A stretch of 64,000 nucleotides of DNA. Origin: a virus (Duplodnaviria; Heunggongvirae; Uroviricota; Caudoviricetes). Shown here one piece after another: positions 47,931-59,025 of this stretch. Location: positions 1-64,000 of IMG/VR virus record IMGVR_UViG_3300035034_002381. One strand, written 5' to 3'. The notes under the pieces were generated by a model. It had not been told where the DNA came from, ran no database searches, and worked only from the letters and a program-made list of their open reading frames with translations. The position numbers and the translations under genes are program-made. The stretch's first letter is position 1. Each line of letters opens with the position of its first letter.

Positions 47931-48263
47931 ATGGACACACAACAGTTTAACGAAATTGAAGAGATTAATCAGATTAAAGTTATTCCAAATGGTTGGCGAG
48001 AAGTTACAATTGAGTACGGAATTAAAAAGTATGGGACCAGTGCATCACTACTTTTTTGCTGGAGAGTAGAAAATACTAATTTAATTTTCGAGGCGCCATT
48101 AAATCAAGTTTATGAAGATTGTCAAGGTAAGTATGAAGAACATTTTATCAAAGTTTTGGAAGTCTTCTGGAAAGACTTCGTTGAGTGGAAATCACAAGGA
48201 TTCCCAAAACCCTGGATGCGAAAACACAAAGAGCAATTCGGAAAATACATATACACTTATTAA
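47931..48263 (+). CDS. Hypothetical protein
   Basis: 110-aa ORF. Confidence 0.4.
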   Translation: MDTQQFNEIEEINQIKVIPNGWREVTIEYGIKKYGTSASLLFCWRVENTNLIFEAPLNQVYEDCQGKYEEHFIKVLEVFWKDFVEWKSQGFPKPWMRKHKEQFGKYIYTY

Positions 48264-48273
48264 AATTAAACAA

Positions 48274-48876
48274 ATGCAAGGACAATTATACCAATGGCAA
48301 AAAGGTGAATACATTGAACAATATTCTAAAGCTATCGATGTAGAAGAAGAAGGCGAGATGTCATTTCTGATTTTTGAAGATGGTAGAAGAATTAACATCG
48401 AACTTATTGAAGAATTTCTTATACCAGTAAATTCAGAAGACGAAGGTTATATTATCAGAGAAGAAGTTATAGATGATTTAGTAGAAATGAAAGGTAAAGA
48501 CGGTGGGATATATACTGTTCCTGGACCAGATCATGGTAAGCGTCGGATCACGAAAAAACCTAAAACCAAACAAGCCAAACCCATCATCACATCGACACCT
48601 AAACAACAAATTAAAGAGGAACCTAAAAATCTTTATCCTAATGATCCTATAATAGCACTCTTAGAAAAATCAAAAAAGGTCACCAAACCTATTAATATAA
48701 CATTACGTTTAGATATTATTACACAAGGTACATACGATCTGATTATTGACAATTTTGAAGATAGTGAAGAAAGCATTGTTGAATATTTGATTTCTTCTAT
48801 CGATAAAAAGGAATTAGTGGAAAGTATAAAGGTTCAACTTAAAGGTTCGTATTCGAAAACACCAATCACAGTATGA
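48274..48876 (+). CDS. Hypothetical acidic protein
   Basis: Start set to the ATG (MQGQLYQWQ) after the upstream stop; the 48112 start on the track overlaps the previous gene. Confidence 0.4.
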   Translation: MQGQLYQWQKGEYIEQYSKAIDVEEEGEMSFLIFEDGRRINIELIEEFLIPVNSEDEGYIIREEVIDDLVEMKGKDGGIYTVPGPDHGKRRITKKPKTKQAKPIITSTPKQQIKEEPKNLYPNDPIIALLEKSKKVTKPINITLRLDIITQGTYDLIIDNFEDSEESIVEYLISSIDKKELVESIKVQLKGSYSKTPITV

Positions 48877-49403
48877 AAGATAAAAATTTAAAATATGAAT
48901 CGAAGAGATTTAACGTTGTTAAAAAACAGGGTAGAGTTAAAATAGATTATAAAAAAATGACAGTTGGCGTTTTACCATATACTATTAAAGATGGACTCCT
49001 AGACAAAATTGGTATTCTGCATGAATGGAATCCTACAAGACAAGATGATTTTTGTCACACGATAATCACTGGTACTGTAGACCCAGAAGATACTGATTAT
49101 CTTTTTGCGGCAAAAAGAGAATTACTTGAGGAAGGTGGCATTAAAGATACTAATGACGATAATTGGATATTTTTAGGTTCATTTTACGTTTCAAAAGGCA
49201 GTAATGAAATGTGTCACACCTTTGCAGTAGATGTTACAGATCTAGAAATTGGTGAAGCAGTAGGAGATGGTTCTGATGCTGAAGAAAAATCTGAATTTTC
49301 TTTAATGGATTCAGGAAATGCAATTACAATTACTAATGAAAGTTTAGTCTTAGCCTCATTTCTAAGACTGTTTGACTTCTTTTATCAAAAGAATAATGGG
49401 TAA
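48873..49403 (+). CDS. Nudix-like hydrolase
   Basis: LFAAKRELLEEGGI resembles the Nudix box REUxEExGU. Confidence 0.4.
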   Translation: MKDKNLKYESKRFNVVKKQGRVKIDYKKMTVGVLPYTIKDGLLDKIGILHEWNPTRQDDFCHTIITGTVDPEDTDYLFAAKRELLEEGGIKDTNDDNWIFLGSFYVSKGSNEMCHTFAVDVTDLEIGEAVGDGSDAEEKSEFSLMDSGNAITITNESLVLASFLRLFDFFYQKNNG

Positions 49404-49746
49404 TTATATCAATTCATATTTACATGAGAAATTGGATAATAAAATTCAATTAATACATGTTACCACACCTGAAATAGCTAAACAAATAAAAATTGAAGGT
49501 TTTATATCCAGGGGATATATAAATCATAAGTATTATTCAAATTTAGGAAATAACGGAATATATTTTTACGATAATAGAAGACAGGCACAATTTTATGCGG
49601 GACATTTAATGAGTAAAATTAATTCAAAAAAGTGGCACTTATATTTTGTGAAATATTGCGTGGATATACAATGCACAATAGTAAAATTGAAGATGGAATA
49701 TTTATCAAAACTGAAGATTTACCAAAAATTAAAATTAATGGTGTGA
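49372..49746 (+). CDS. Hypothetical protein
   Basis: 124-aa ORF. Confidence 0.3.
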   Translation: MTSFIKRIMGNYINSYLHEKLDNKIQLIHVTTPEIAKQIKIEGFISRGYINHKYYSNLGNNGIYFYDNRRQAQFYAGHLMSKINSKKWHLYFVKYCVDIQCTIVKLKMEYLSKLKIYQKLKLMV

Positions 49747-49796
49747 CCATAGAATCATATAGCGAAATTTATTGATACCAATTAAAACAAAATTAG

Positions 49797-50012
49797 ATGA
49801 ACAGAAAAGATCGTAGAAATGCAGAAAGAAGCATGGGTTTATTAAAAGAGAATAGTAAAAAATCTTGGAGTGCCAGAAAAGAAATCTATGACAGAAAACG
49901 TAAGATTGGTAAAAAAATTCATAATGAGAATGTAGAACGTATCCATAATCAACAATTAGAAGAAGAGGATAGAAAGTACACCCAGCGAATGATTGATAAT
50001 ACAGAAGTCTAA
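49797..50012 (+). CDS. Small basic hypothetical protein
   Basis: 71-aa ORF. Confidence 0.3.
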   Translation: MNRKDRRNAERSMGLLKENSKKSWSARKEIYDRKRKIGKKIHNENVERIHNQQLEEEDRKYTQRMIDNTEV

Positions 50013-50015
50013 AAT

Positions 50016-50456
50016 ATGCAACTTAAAGATAAAAAAATTTATGTAACAACATTAAAAAAATCTAAACTTAGAAATAAATTTCTAAACTTCAGATTTTACT
50101 ATTTCATATCAGTCCCAGATATTATCAAGGAGTTAGGTGAAGACCCAGAAAATCTTACTGATCGAGGTATTTTTCTAGTTAATAATAAGATTGTTGAAGA
50201 TATTCATAATTGTTTAAAAAGAAAAAAGTATATGGCCATCATATATTCGAATCCTGATTTAAATTATGAAGCAATTAAGAATCTACAAGAAAAATACGCT
50301 GAACATGAAAATATTCTCAGCATATCATTCTTAGATTATAAAAATAAACCAGAAAATGTGGATCTTTGGCAATTATTCGAAGAAGTCATATTCTTTCCAG
50401 AAATGACAAAGAAAAAAATCATTGAATGTAAATCTATTCAAATAGAAGATATATAA
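50016..50456 (+). CDS. Hypothetical protein
   Basis: 146-aa ORF. Confidence 0.35.
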   Translation: MQLKDKKIYVTTLKKSKLRNKFLNFRFYYFISVPDIIKELGEDPENLTDRGIFLVNNKIVEDIHNCLKRKKYMAIIYSNPDLNYEAIKNLQEKYAEHENILSISFLDYKNKPENVDLWQLFEEVIFFPEMTKKKIIECKSIQIEDI

Positions 50457-50462
50457 TTCATA

Positions 50463-51734
50463 ATGGCAATAAACTTTCCAATACCTACAGTCGTAGGACA
50501 GATTTATACAAGCGGTGCAAATTCATGGGAGTGGACAGGTCAAGCTTGGAAGGGACTTGGTACTGTTTTACCTGGACCTACAGGCCCTCCTGGGCCTAGC
50601 GAGTACATTCCGCCACCTAGAATTCCTACTATAGAATTAGGAGTTAGAAAGGCTATAAGAGAACTTGGTGAATTTGATAGCATTATGTACAGAATTCCTG
50701 AGATAGATTTTTATACAGAATTTCAAGCTTATAATCCTAAAATATTTCTATTCAGAAAAAACTTTAATAACAAGAGAAAATATGAAACAGATCCAAATGG
50801 TATAGGCACTACTATAAGAACTAATAGAAATGGATCATTCGGACGACCTAAACATATATTTGAATCTAGGAATCCAAATATTGTTAAACAGGCGGCAAAA
50901 AGATTTACTATTTTTGAATGTGATACTAATTTTACTCCATCTTGGGGCGATTCTTTTCCAGAACAAATCCAATTAGTCAATAGTGATTTTACAACGGCAG
51001 TAAATGTTGATGAATGGTTGGTTGATGGTGGAGTACTTGTTACAGGCACTGGAATATTTGTTGATAATAAGGAGACTTTTGAAACACCCGCTATTTCATT
51101 ACCAGCGTACGTAGATAATAACTCTAGAACTAAATTTTCTATACCTATAAAATTTTCAAGTATTCAAGATACAATTGAAATTATAGTTGAAGATGCAAAT
51201 TCTAACGAGATTTCTAGATATCAGATAGTTGAAGTGTTACTAGATACCTTTTATATACCGCTGTTTAATACTGGTGTGAATAATCCTGCCTTTGATATGT
51301 CAGAAATTAAGATTTATCTTAACGCTGATGGTGGATCTTTTGTAATTGAAAAGATTGGTCAACATCCTGATTTTCAAATAGGTAATGTTCCAGATACAAA
51401 TATGTATCAATGGAAAGATATGTTATTATTACCTGAACTAATTCCGTCCGATGCGTTCACTGTATCTAATCCAACATATAATTCAGGAGAACCCTCAAAC
51501 ACACAATTTTTCGATTCAAGCAAAATTGTGTGTGATTGGTATACTAGAGATCCTGGAGTTAGATGGTTATCTACATCAAGTAATGGTTCAAAACAATTTT
51601 TTAAATTTGCGATCGGAATAGAATATCAAAACAAATTATATTATGGACCAAAATCACCAGAGACTCTAGTATGTGAGTATAAAAGAGCTGACGGAATTGA
51701 TGATAATGCTCCTATAGCATTAAATATAAAATAA
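50463..51734 (+). CDS. Tail fiber or baseplate protein with an N-terminal collagen-like segment
   Basis: GLGTVLPGPTGPPGPS near the N-terminus; first gene of the tail/baseplate block. Confidence 0.4.
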   Translation: MAINFPIPTVVGQIYTSGANSWEWTGQAWKGLGTVLPGPTGPPGPSEYIPPPRIPTIELGVRKAIRELGEFDSIMYRIPEIDFYTEFQAYNPKIFLFRKNFNNKRKYETDPNGIGTTIRTNRNGSFGRPKHIFESRNPNIVKQAAKRFTIFECDTNFTPSWGDSFPEQIQLVNSDFTTAVNVDEWLVDGGVLVTGTGIFVDNKETFETPAISLPAYVDNNSRTKFSIPIKFSSIQDTIEIIVEDANSNEISRYQIVEVLLDTFYIPLFNTGVNNPAFDMSEIKIYLNADGGSFVIEKIGQHPDFQIGNVPDTNMYQWKDMLLLPELIPSDAFTVSNPTYNSGEPSNTQFFDSSKIVCDWYTRDPGVRWLSTSSNGSKQFFKFAIGIEYQNKLYYGPKSPETLVCEYKRADGIDDNAPIALNIK

Positions 51735-52052
51735 GAAATTAAAAATATTGGGTGGTTATTATATAGAACAAAAATATTGACCTATTACTATACGAAGCAA
51801 AACTTATTGGTTCGTTATTATACCGCCCAAAACTATTGAATAGTGTCTGTCACTTAAAGACACTTCCAAAATTGGGAAGCTTGAACCGAGTTAATTCTTT
51901 TTTTCCTCGAGAAAATTTCTTTTTAGAAAATTTTAGTCTTTCTTTCTTTTCTTTGCCAGGTTCCATACCCGAACTAAAGGAAGTATCATGTTTTTCTTCT
52001 GGCATATGATTTATGATTAATTTAAGATATATATCTTAAATACACAGATTTA

Positions 52053-53924
52053 ATGGCAAACCCAAATTTTTCAGCCACCAGAAATATAACTAATGAGGTC
52101 GACCTTAATTCTCAAGAAGCACAAAATACTCTTGATAATTCTTCTGACCCAAGTGCACCAAGTTCACTTAATGAATCCAGATTAACCAATGATTCAAATA
52201 TTGGTAAAGGTGGTCCATATTCAAATCCAGGTAGAGCAAGTGGCGGGTGGCCTAATTTCAGAAGACCAGGCGAAGAGCCCGACGATATTGCAGCAATTGG
52301 TGCCGACAGTCTTATCGGAATGCCCTTTCCCGATGATGAAGGTGGTAACGGCTATACCATAACTGCGTTAAAAAGAGGACCAGATTCTACAGGAAACTTG
52401 AACGGTTTCGCCGATCCAAGAACATTTATTGATCGACCAGGTGAACAACCTTGGTATAATACTGATGGTGTAAATGCCAGAGAACCATTAACATCCGAAA
52501 TTATTAAATGGGCTCAAAACGGCCAAGGCAGTAGTGAAGGTGGCGGTCGGAACAAAAGGCCATATAAATACACTGATTTTGTTTTCGCGAAATATTGGAA
52601 CAAAATTCCAAATAACTATATGATGACTTTACGTAGGTTTCCATATCCTGTATTTGATAATTTGCAATTTCCTGGAGAGAATGGTGGTGAAGATGTATCT
52701 CCACAAAAATACTACGCGCCTATAGCACAGGCTATAACTTATATGGGAGATGAAACTGAAAACAAACTTTCGAATATAGTTTCGTTTGATGCGGGATTAC
52801 CTCATAGCGAATTAAAGGCGGAAGTCCATGAGATAACTGGTCAAAATCCAGGGGCTGGGTCTGGTCCAGGAGGCGGATTAGCTAGGGTTTTAGGAATACT
52901 TTCTGGTGAAGCAAATGCACAGACAATCATTCGAAATGGAGAAGCAGTAGATCCTTATACAAATGGACCATATATGAATAGAGTACAAGGTCCATTAAAT
53001 AGAATAGATTCAGTTAATCGAAGAGATCCAGGCCTAACGTTTGATCAAAAATTTGAATTAAAGTTTCATTATGTAGCTAGACCGATTGGTGGATCTAATA
53101 CCAAGGCAGTAATGTTAGATATATTGGCTAATTTACTTACGTTAACATATGCTGAAGCCTCATTTTGGGGAGGATCACATAGATTTACAGGCGGAAGGCC
53201 TGCTTATCCGTTTTTAGGTGGTGCTGCTGGAACAAACGCTTTATTCCAAGGTGATATGGGCGGGTTTTATGATGCACTAACAAATCAAATTGCTGACGCG
53301 GGAGCAAATATTTCCAGTATATTCGATTCATTATTGTCTGGAGATCCAATCGAAGGTCTTAAAAATTTAGCTGCTGGTGGTGCCAAATTAGGAATTTCTG
53401 CTCTAATGGCAGGTAAAAGGCCGATGGCTTGGCAATTACCTGCTTTACTTACGGGTAATCCAGTGGGAGAATGGCATCTGACTGTGGGTAATCCATTAAA
53501 TCCAATTATGGAAATTGGTAATTTGGTATGTACAAATATTAAAATAGAGTTTGGTGATGAGATGGGTCCTGATGACTTTCCACTTGAAATGACCGCTACA
53601 ATTTCACTTGATCATGGAATGCCTAGAGATAAAGCTTCGATTGAATCTATGTTTAACCGCGGAGGTGGGAAAATTTATTATGTACCGGATGAATACCAGT
53701 TTGGTACTGGGAAAAATAGTCTTAATGGTACTTCTGTGGATGCGGCCTCATCTCGAGATGCTACAGAACAAGGACAAACTGTTCATCAACGAACTTCTTC
53801 ACAGAGAAATGTAGAAGAAATCGATAGATTAATTACTAACGGAAAAAGAGATGTATCAGCAGTCTCTAAAAATTTATTAGAAACAGCCAAAATGGTTACT
53901 GGTTATGGGACTAATCAAGTCTAA
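52053..53924 (+). CDS. Virion structural protein (tail/baseplate module)
   Basis: 623-aa Gly/Pro/Asn-rich protein in the structural block. Confidence 0.35.
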   Translation: MANPNFSATRNITNEVDLNSQEAQNTLDNSSDPSAPSSLNESRLTNDSNIGKGGPYSNPGRASGGWPNFRRPGEEPDDIAAIGADSLIGMPFPDDEGGNGYTITALKRGPDSTGNLNGFADPRTFIDRPGEQPWYNTDGVNAREPLTSEIIKWAQNGQGSSEGGGRNKRPYKYTDFVFAKYWNKIPNNYMMTLRRFPYPVFDNLQFPGENGGEDVSPQKYYAPIAQAITYMGDETENKLSNIVSFDAGLPHSELKAEVHEITGQNPGAGSGPGGGLARVLGILSGEANAQTIIRNGEAVDPYTNGPYMNRVQGPLNRIDSVNRRDPGLTFDQKFELKFHYVARPIGGSNTKAVMLDILANLLTLTYAEASFWGGSHRFTGGRPAYPFLGGAAGTNALFQGDMGGFYDALTNQIADAGANISSIFDSLLSGDPIEGLKNLAAGGAKLGISALMAGKRPMAWQLPALLTGNPVGEWHLTVGNPLNPIMEIGNLVCTNIKIEFGDEMGPDDFPLEMTATISLDHGMPRDKASIESMFNRGGGKIYYVPDEYQFGTGKNSLNGTSVDAASSRDATEQGQTVHQRTSSQRNVEEIDRLITNGKRDVSAVSKNLLETAKMVTGYGTNQV

Positions 53925-54637
53925 TGAAATTAGAAAAAACTATAGATAATAAGAGGGTTTTTGAAAAACCTAATGGCGATCAAGTAATTGATTTGACTCA
54001 ACAAAATTATAATCCGGCGAATTTTACAAAAATCATAGATTATATCATAGTAAGTCAAGATTTGGCTATGCGCCCGGATTTAATTTCTATTGCAGCTTAT
54101 CGAGATATATCCGCGACTGATCTTATAATGAAACAGAATGCCATATCTAATCCTTTTTCGATTGATGAAGGTGAAATAATTTTTATTCAAGAAAGGAGAG
54201 AAATAAATCGCCAGTTTAAAGATGTTGGTCGAATAGCAGATAAAAATAGAGTACGTACACAATATATTGATTCTGATAAAGCACCTGGAATCGATGACAA
54301 TTTAGAAAAATTCAATATTAGACAAAAACCTAAACCTGGCATCAATAAACCAGTAGCTTTACCACCTAATTTTGCTAATTTTGGAGATGAAGAAATTAAA
54401 TTTAGAGGTGGAAAAGTCGTATTTGGAGAAGATATTACAGACAATAAAGAAGTTTGTGAGGAAGAAACATTATCAAAATCAGAGTTTTTGAAAAGACTTT
54501 CCAAAAATAGAATGACGAATACAAATAGAAGATCGATTGAGACTGCACAATCAACTTTTAGAACAGATCAGAACAATATTGATAACCCACCAAATAATGG
54601 AAATTTTAGAAATGGTGGTACTGAAGGAGGTAGATAA
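53924..54637 (+). CDS. Virion structural protein, hypothetical
   Basis: ATGA-coupled to the upstream gene. Confidence 0.3.
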   Translation: MKLEKTIDNKRVFEKPNGDQVIDLTQQNYNPANFTKIIDYIIVSQDLAMRPDLISIAAYRDISATDLIMKQNAISNPFSIDEGEIIFIQERREINRQFKDVGRIADKNRVRTQYIDSDKAPGIDDNLEKFNIRQKPKPGINKPVALPPNFANFGDEEIKFRGGKVVFGEDITDNKEVCEEETLSKSEFLKRLSKNRMTNTNRRSIETAQSTFRTDQNNIDNPPNNGNFRNGGTEGGR

Positions 54638-56094
54638 TGGCACAAGAAGAAAAAAGTATAATACGTTCATTATTAGAACCAACAATTGCTTTAGATGAAC
54701 TTTCATTTGCGGATGTCGAAGAAGGTACAAATTCGGGTAATTTTAGAGGAGATAAAGTCCAAAAAACAATAGGTAATTTATTTCCTATGATAGTTATTAA
54801 CGACTATATTATTTCTGAGGAAGAGCTTGAAAGAATGACAATCGACACTACTGGATTTATTCCATTAATTACGATAAAAATGGTTTTGTCTCAAACGTCA
54901 ACATTTGTATCCAAAGCAATGCCCAAAGATGGTGATTTAATGAATGTCTTTGTACGAGCAAGATCAAACGAATTTAAACCTATACGCAATGATTATCTAA
55001 TCACAAACGTTTCAACATCTAAAAGTGTAACTCCTGACGGACATGGAATGTCTATTATTATAGGAGGCGAATTATTTATACCCAATTTATATGATGAAAG
55101 AATAGTTGCTAAGAATGGTTCTTCGTATGAGGCTATAAAAGAAATTGCGCAAGACTTAGGTTTAGGATTTGCGTCAAACGAATCTTTTACAGCTGACGAA
55201 CAAACATGGTTATGTGGTAACAATTCATATTATAATTTTATCCATCATATTACAGATTCTTCTTGGAAAAATGAAAATTCTTTTTTCCAATGCTTTATTG
55301 ATATCTATTATCATTTAAATTTTGTGAATGTGAACAATCAATTCAGTGATCAAGTTAGAATAGATGACGCGCTGGTCGATACGTTATTTTCACAAGATAC
55401 ATTAGAAGGAGAAGAAATAGCATTGACTATTGACCGTAAAGTATTCACAAATATTACTGATAAACAGGGAACACCCATGTGGATTAAGAAATATGCTATG
55501 ATTAACCAATCATCTGATTTGGCCAAAAAATATGGTTATAAAATGCATTGTGAGTTTTTTGAACAAAATACATTAGAGAAATGGGATATTTTTTCAGAAC
55601 CATTAATTGTAGAAAGTTCAGAAAATAACAAAATTCTATTAAAAGGTAGACCTAATGAGGATTTTTATAAAACTCAGATTAAAAAGAGATGGGCAGGTCT
55701 GCAATATTCATTACCCGAACATAATGTACATGATAAATATTTGTATGCACAAATTAATAATCTTATGAACAATACTGAGCTGAAAAAATTACAGCTCAAA
55801 ATTGAAGTACCTAGAGCAAATTTCAATATTTATCGGGGAGAGCGGGTGCCTTGTGTACTTATTTCAGTTGGTGATCCTAGGAAAACTCCGTATTTACAAG
55901 GAGAACAAGAATTGTCCGAAGGCGGAGATTTGTCATCACCGACTGCACCTGTTCTTGATAAATTTTTAAGCGGATACTATATGATTCAGGGTATGGTATT
56001 TTCTTACAAAACAAGAAATCCTGATTTACCGGAAGATCGAGCATTTTTCTCGGAGGATATTATACTTTCTAGAAGGGTTTGGCCTGTACCGTGA
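54637..56094 (+). CDS. Virion structural protein, hypothetical
   Basis: ATGA-coupled; 485 aa. Confidence 0.3.
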   Translation: MAQEEKSIIRSLLEPTIALDELSFADVEEGTNSGNFRGDKVQKTIGNLFPMIVINDYIISEEELERMTIDTTGFIPLITIKMVLSQTSTFVSKAMPKDGDLMNVFVRARSNEFKPIRNDYLITNVSTSKSVTPDGHGMSIIIGGELFIPNLYDERIVAKNGSSYEAIKEIAQDLGLGFASNESFTADEQTWLCGNNSYYNFIHHITDSSWKNENSFFQCFIDIYYHLNFVNVNNQFSDQVRIDDALVDTLFSQDTLEGEEIALTIDRKVFTNITDKQGTPMWIKKYAMINQSSDLAKKYGYKMHCEFFEQNTLEKWDIFSEPLIVESSENNKILLKGRPNEDFYKTQIKKRWAGLQYSLPEHNVHDKYLYAQINNLMNNTELKKLQLKIEVPRANFNIYRGERVPCVLISVGDPRKTPYLQGEQELSEGGDLSSPTAPVLDKFLSGYYMIQGMVFSYKTRNPDLPEDRAFFSEDIILSRRVWPVP

Positions 56095-56104
56095 TATATA
56101 ACTT

Positions 56105-59023
56105 ATGTCAGCAAATACTAAATATCTAAAAAGAAAGCATGTTTCTAAATTTTTGCAATCTGCACAATTTTTAGGAAAAAGAGGTGTCCTACATAATGAT
56201 TATGACGAACCTACATACGTTGGGTTCTGGGTAGAATTTGATTTTGTTGGCCCTTCATTAGATGATCCTGCGCTGATTAATTATAATCGGATGCCTAATG
56301 GACTTTTAGGTACTGAAAATGGTACATATTCGGCTGAAAAATATCTTAGAAGCATCAACGAGGATCGTAAGGCTGATATGATTAATGCGTTTAATAAACT
56401 TCTTCGAGATATTTCTAAAGAAACTCCGGATGCAATAGCATCAATATCGGGTTTGGATTCTCTGTATAAATTAGATCCGACAAAAAGTTGGAGAGCATCA
56501 GAAGCTGAAATTACATTGAATTTTGAAGAATCTATAGATAATCGCATCAACGCACTGTTTGATCTTTATCGCCAGGGTGCATTCGATGCGTCATTTATGC
56601 GTTGGGCATTACCGGATATTCATAGGTTTTTTAAAATGAATATTTATGTTACAGAGTTTAGAGCTTTCCATGTACCAAGAGGTAATAACGAAAGAGCAAC
56701 ACTAGAAGAAAATGAAGACTTTATAGATATAGGAGATCAAAATAGATCAGGTAAAAGTTTTTTGAATCAACAAGTTGATGGATACAAAACACAATTCAAT
56801 AATATCAGTGATTCAATTAATGAAAGAACTGCTACAGGACCTGATGGTAAAAGTCGTCTAGCAAGTGAAGTGAGTTCAGGATCATTTTTCAGTGCACAAA
56901 CGTCTGATGATATTTCAACTAACGATTATTTTTTGAAGGTTCTCGATAAGAATCTCACGATATTAAAATTTGAACTTGGTGACTGTGAAATTGTTTTACC
57001 TGAACTTGCACCTTCGTGGACACAAGAAATATCAAATCAAATTCATGGAGAATCTTTAACAGCAGCAATGAAGATAAAAATTGGTAATATTTGTGAGGTT
57101 AATGAATATTCAGCTTTAGGTGCTAGCTTATTTCAAGGTTTAGATAATTTAAGTGATTACGTTTTATCCTGTAAATTCAAAACACAGAAAACTGATATTG
57201 ATAAATATTTCGAAATTTTAGGTGATAGTTCTAAATCTACTGCGGACAGTGTCTATTCTGACGTTAATTATCCTTATGGTAAAGGACATTTAACAAACAG
57301 TGATAATGAAATTTTTAAAGGCATAGGCGAAAGATTGTTAGAAAATTCATTTACATTATTAGAATCTACTATACAAAATGCAGTGAGTGAAGAAGTTAAT
57401 GGTGTGTTTTTAGGAAATGTTTATAATTTTTCTGCTGCAAGTGCATTCAGAAGCTTATCAGCTGATCCAAGAGCAATTGGTGCATCACTTTCACAGATTA
57501 TTAATAACGCAAATGGGTCTGAGAATGGTGGAGAAATTCTAAACAACATTAACCTAGAAATCACAAGGGCACCAGACTTAATCAAAAATAATCCTAAACT
57601 TGAATTAAATTTTTCAGAAACTAGAGATCAGAATCCTGGAAGCGCAGATATTGAATCTGTTGACCCACAGGAACAAGACCCGGGAAATTCTGGCTTGACA
57701 CAAGTCGAAATTAATGAGTCTTCACCAGGTAACATTGGATTATTAAGCACACCCACCAATCCAGGTAATCCAGGATCAATAGATTTAAGAATACCAGAAA
57801 AAGCTCAGGCAAATCAAGAAAATGTAGATTTAAATTCTCCAGATTCTCCACAAGCCTCTCCACAAAACGCAGATCTAAATTTTACAGAGCCTCAGAATCA
57901 GAGTACAGGAAATATAGAATTAACACAAGTACCAAACTCTGAAGCTGACACGGGTAACATCGGATTATCCGATGTTCCAGTAAATGACATAAGTGAGCTT
58001 GGAAATCAAGATCTAAACTTTAGAGAGACTACAGACGAAAATCCAGGTAATGTTGATTTAGACGAAATTAGTATATCAGAAGGAAATTTAAGTAATGTTG
58101 GTTTAGACATTAATGAAGTGCAATCAGATACAGAAGATAATGTTGATTTAAATTATCCACCAATAAATGATGCTGATCAAAATAATGTACAACTCACACA
58201 AGTCGAGTCCTCTAATGATCAACCTAATAATGTTGGAATAGATTTTTCTGAATCTACTGATACAAATTTAGATAATCTCGAATTGAATTATCCATCAAAA
58301 TCTACAACCAAAGAAGAAAACGTGGGTTTAGATAATGTAGAAATAAAATCAGACAGACCTACAAATGTTGGTTTGGAAATTGATGAAAACATTAATGAAA
58401 CTGACAAAAACGTAGATCTCAATTATGTTAATAACAAATCTAGTGTTGACGAAAATATCAATTTATCTGAGGTCGAATTAAAATCAAAAAGACCACAATC
58501 TGTTGATTTAAAATTTAATACTAATCCTGAAGCTGAAAATGATAACGTAGACTTAGATTATCCTAAGAAGATTAATAAGGAAAATGAACCAGTTGAAAAT
58601 ATTTCATTATCCGAAGTTAATGATCCTAAAAATACTGTAAATAACGTTGACATTAATTATATAGAACAAAAGAAAAAGGAAAGACCTACAAAAATAGAAA
58701 TAGATGGTGATTATCTTAGAAAGGAAGCGCTAGGTAAAATTGAATTAAAAGGACAAGAATCAACAGGAAAAATTGACACGAAAGTAAATGTCAGTTATCC
58801 ACAAAAAGATAAGAATGAGCCTGGCAATTCCGGTATTGAATATGAATACACAACCGAGAAGGATGTTATAGGAAATACACAAGAAGAATCACCAGAAAAT
58901 GAGACTAATTTAGATAACAAAAACGCAGGTTTAAAATATAGAGATCATAAAACTTTTCCAAAAGAAGGAACAGAAATTCAGTCAACAAAACCTATTAAAA
59001 AGCCTAAGCGCAAAAACGAATAA
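56105..59023 (+). CDS. Large tail/baseplate protein (tape-measure or hub-associated) whose C-terminal half is a degenerate roughly 20-22-aa tandem repeat
   Basis: At least 15 repeats of the pattern xNVDLNYPxxxxxxxxNVGLDxxE between residues 500 and 900; sits immediately upstream of the gp5-like spike. Confidence 0.4.
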   Translation: MSANTKYLKRKHVSKFLQSAQFLGKRGVLHNDYDEPTYVGFWVEFDFVGPSLDDPALINYNRMPNGLLGTENGTYSAEKYLRSINEDRKADMINAFNKLLRDISKETPDAIASISGLDSLYKLDPTKSWRASEAEITLNFEESIDNRINALFDLYRQGAFDASFMRWALPDIHRFFKMNIYVTEFRAFHVPRGNNERATLEENEDFIDIGDQNRSGKSFLNQQVDGYKTQFNNISDSINERTATGPDGKSRLASEVSSGSFFSAQTSDDISTNDYFLKVLDKNLTILKFELGDCEIVLPELAPSWTQEISNQIHGESLTAAMKIKIGNICEVNEYSALGASLFQGLDNLSDYVLSCKFKTQKTDIDKYFEILGDSSKSTADSVYSDVNYPYGKGHLTNSDNEIFKGIGERLLENSFTLLESTIQNAVSEEVNGVFLGNVYNFSAASAFRSLSADPRAIGASLSQIINNANGSENGGEILNNINLEITRAPDLIKNNPKLELNFSETRDQNPGSADIESVDPQEQDPGNSGLTQVEINESSPGNIGLLSTPTNPGNPGSIDLRIPEKAQANQENVDLNSPDSPQASPQNADLNFTEPQNQSTGNIELTQVPNSEADTGNIGLSDVPVNDISELGNQDLNFRETTDENPGNVDLDEISISEGNLSNVGLDINEVQSDTEDNVDLNYPPINDADQNNVQLTQVESSNDQPNNVGIDFSESTDTNLDNLELNYPSKSTTKEENVGLDNVEIKSDRPTNVGLEIDENINETDKNVDLNYVNNKSSVDENINLSEVELKSKRPQSVDLKFNTNPEAENDNVDLDYPKKINKENEPVENISLSEVNDPKNTVNNVDINYIEQKKKERPTKIEIDGDYLRKEALGKIELKGQESTGKIDTKVNVSYPQKDKNEPGNSGIEYEYTTEKDVIGNTQEESPENETNLDNKNAGLKYRDHKTFPKEGTEIQSTKPIKKPKRKNE

Positions 59024-59025
59024 AT

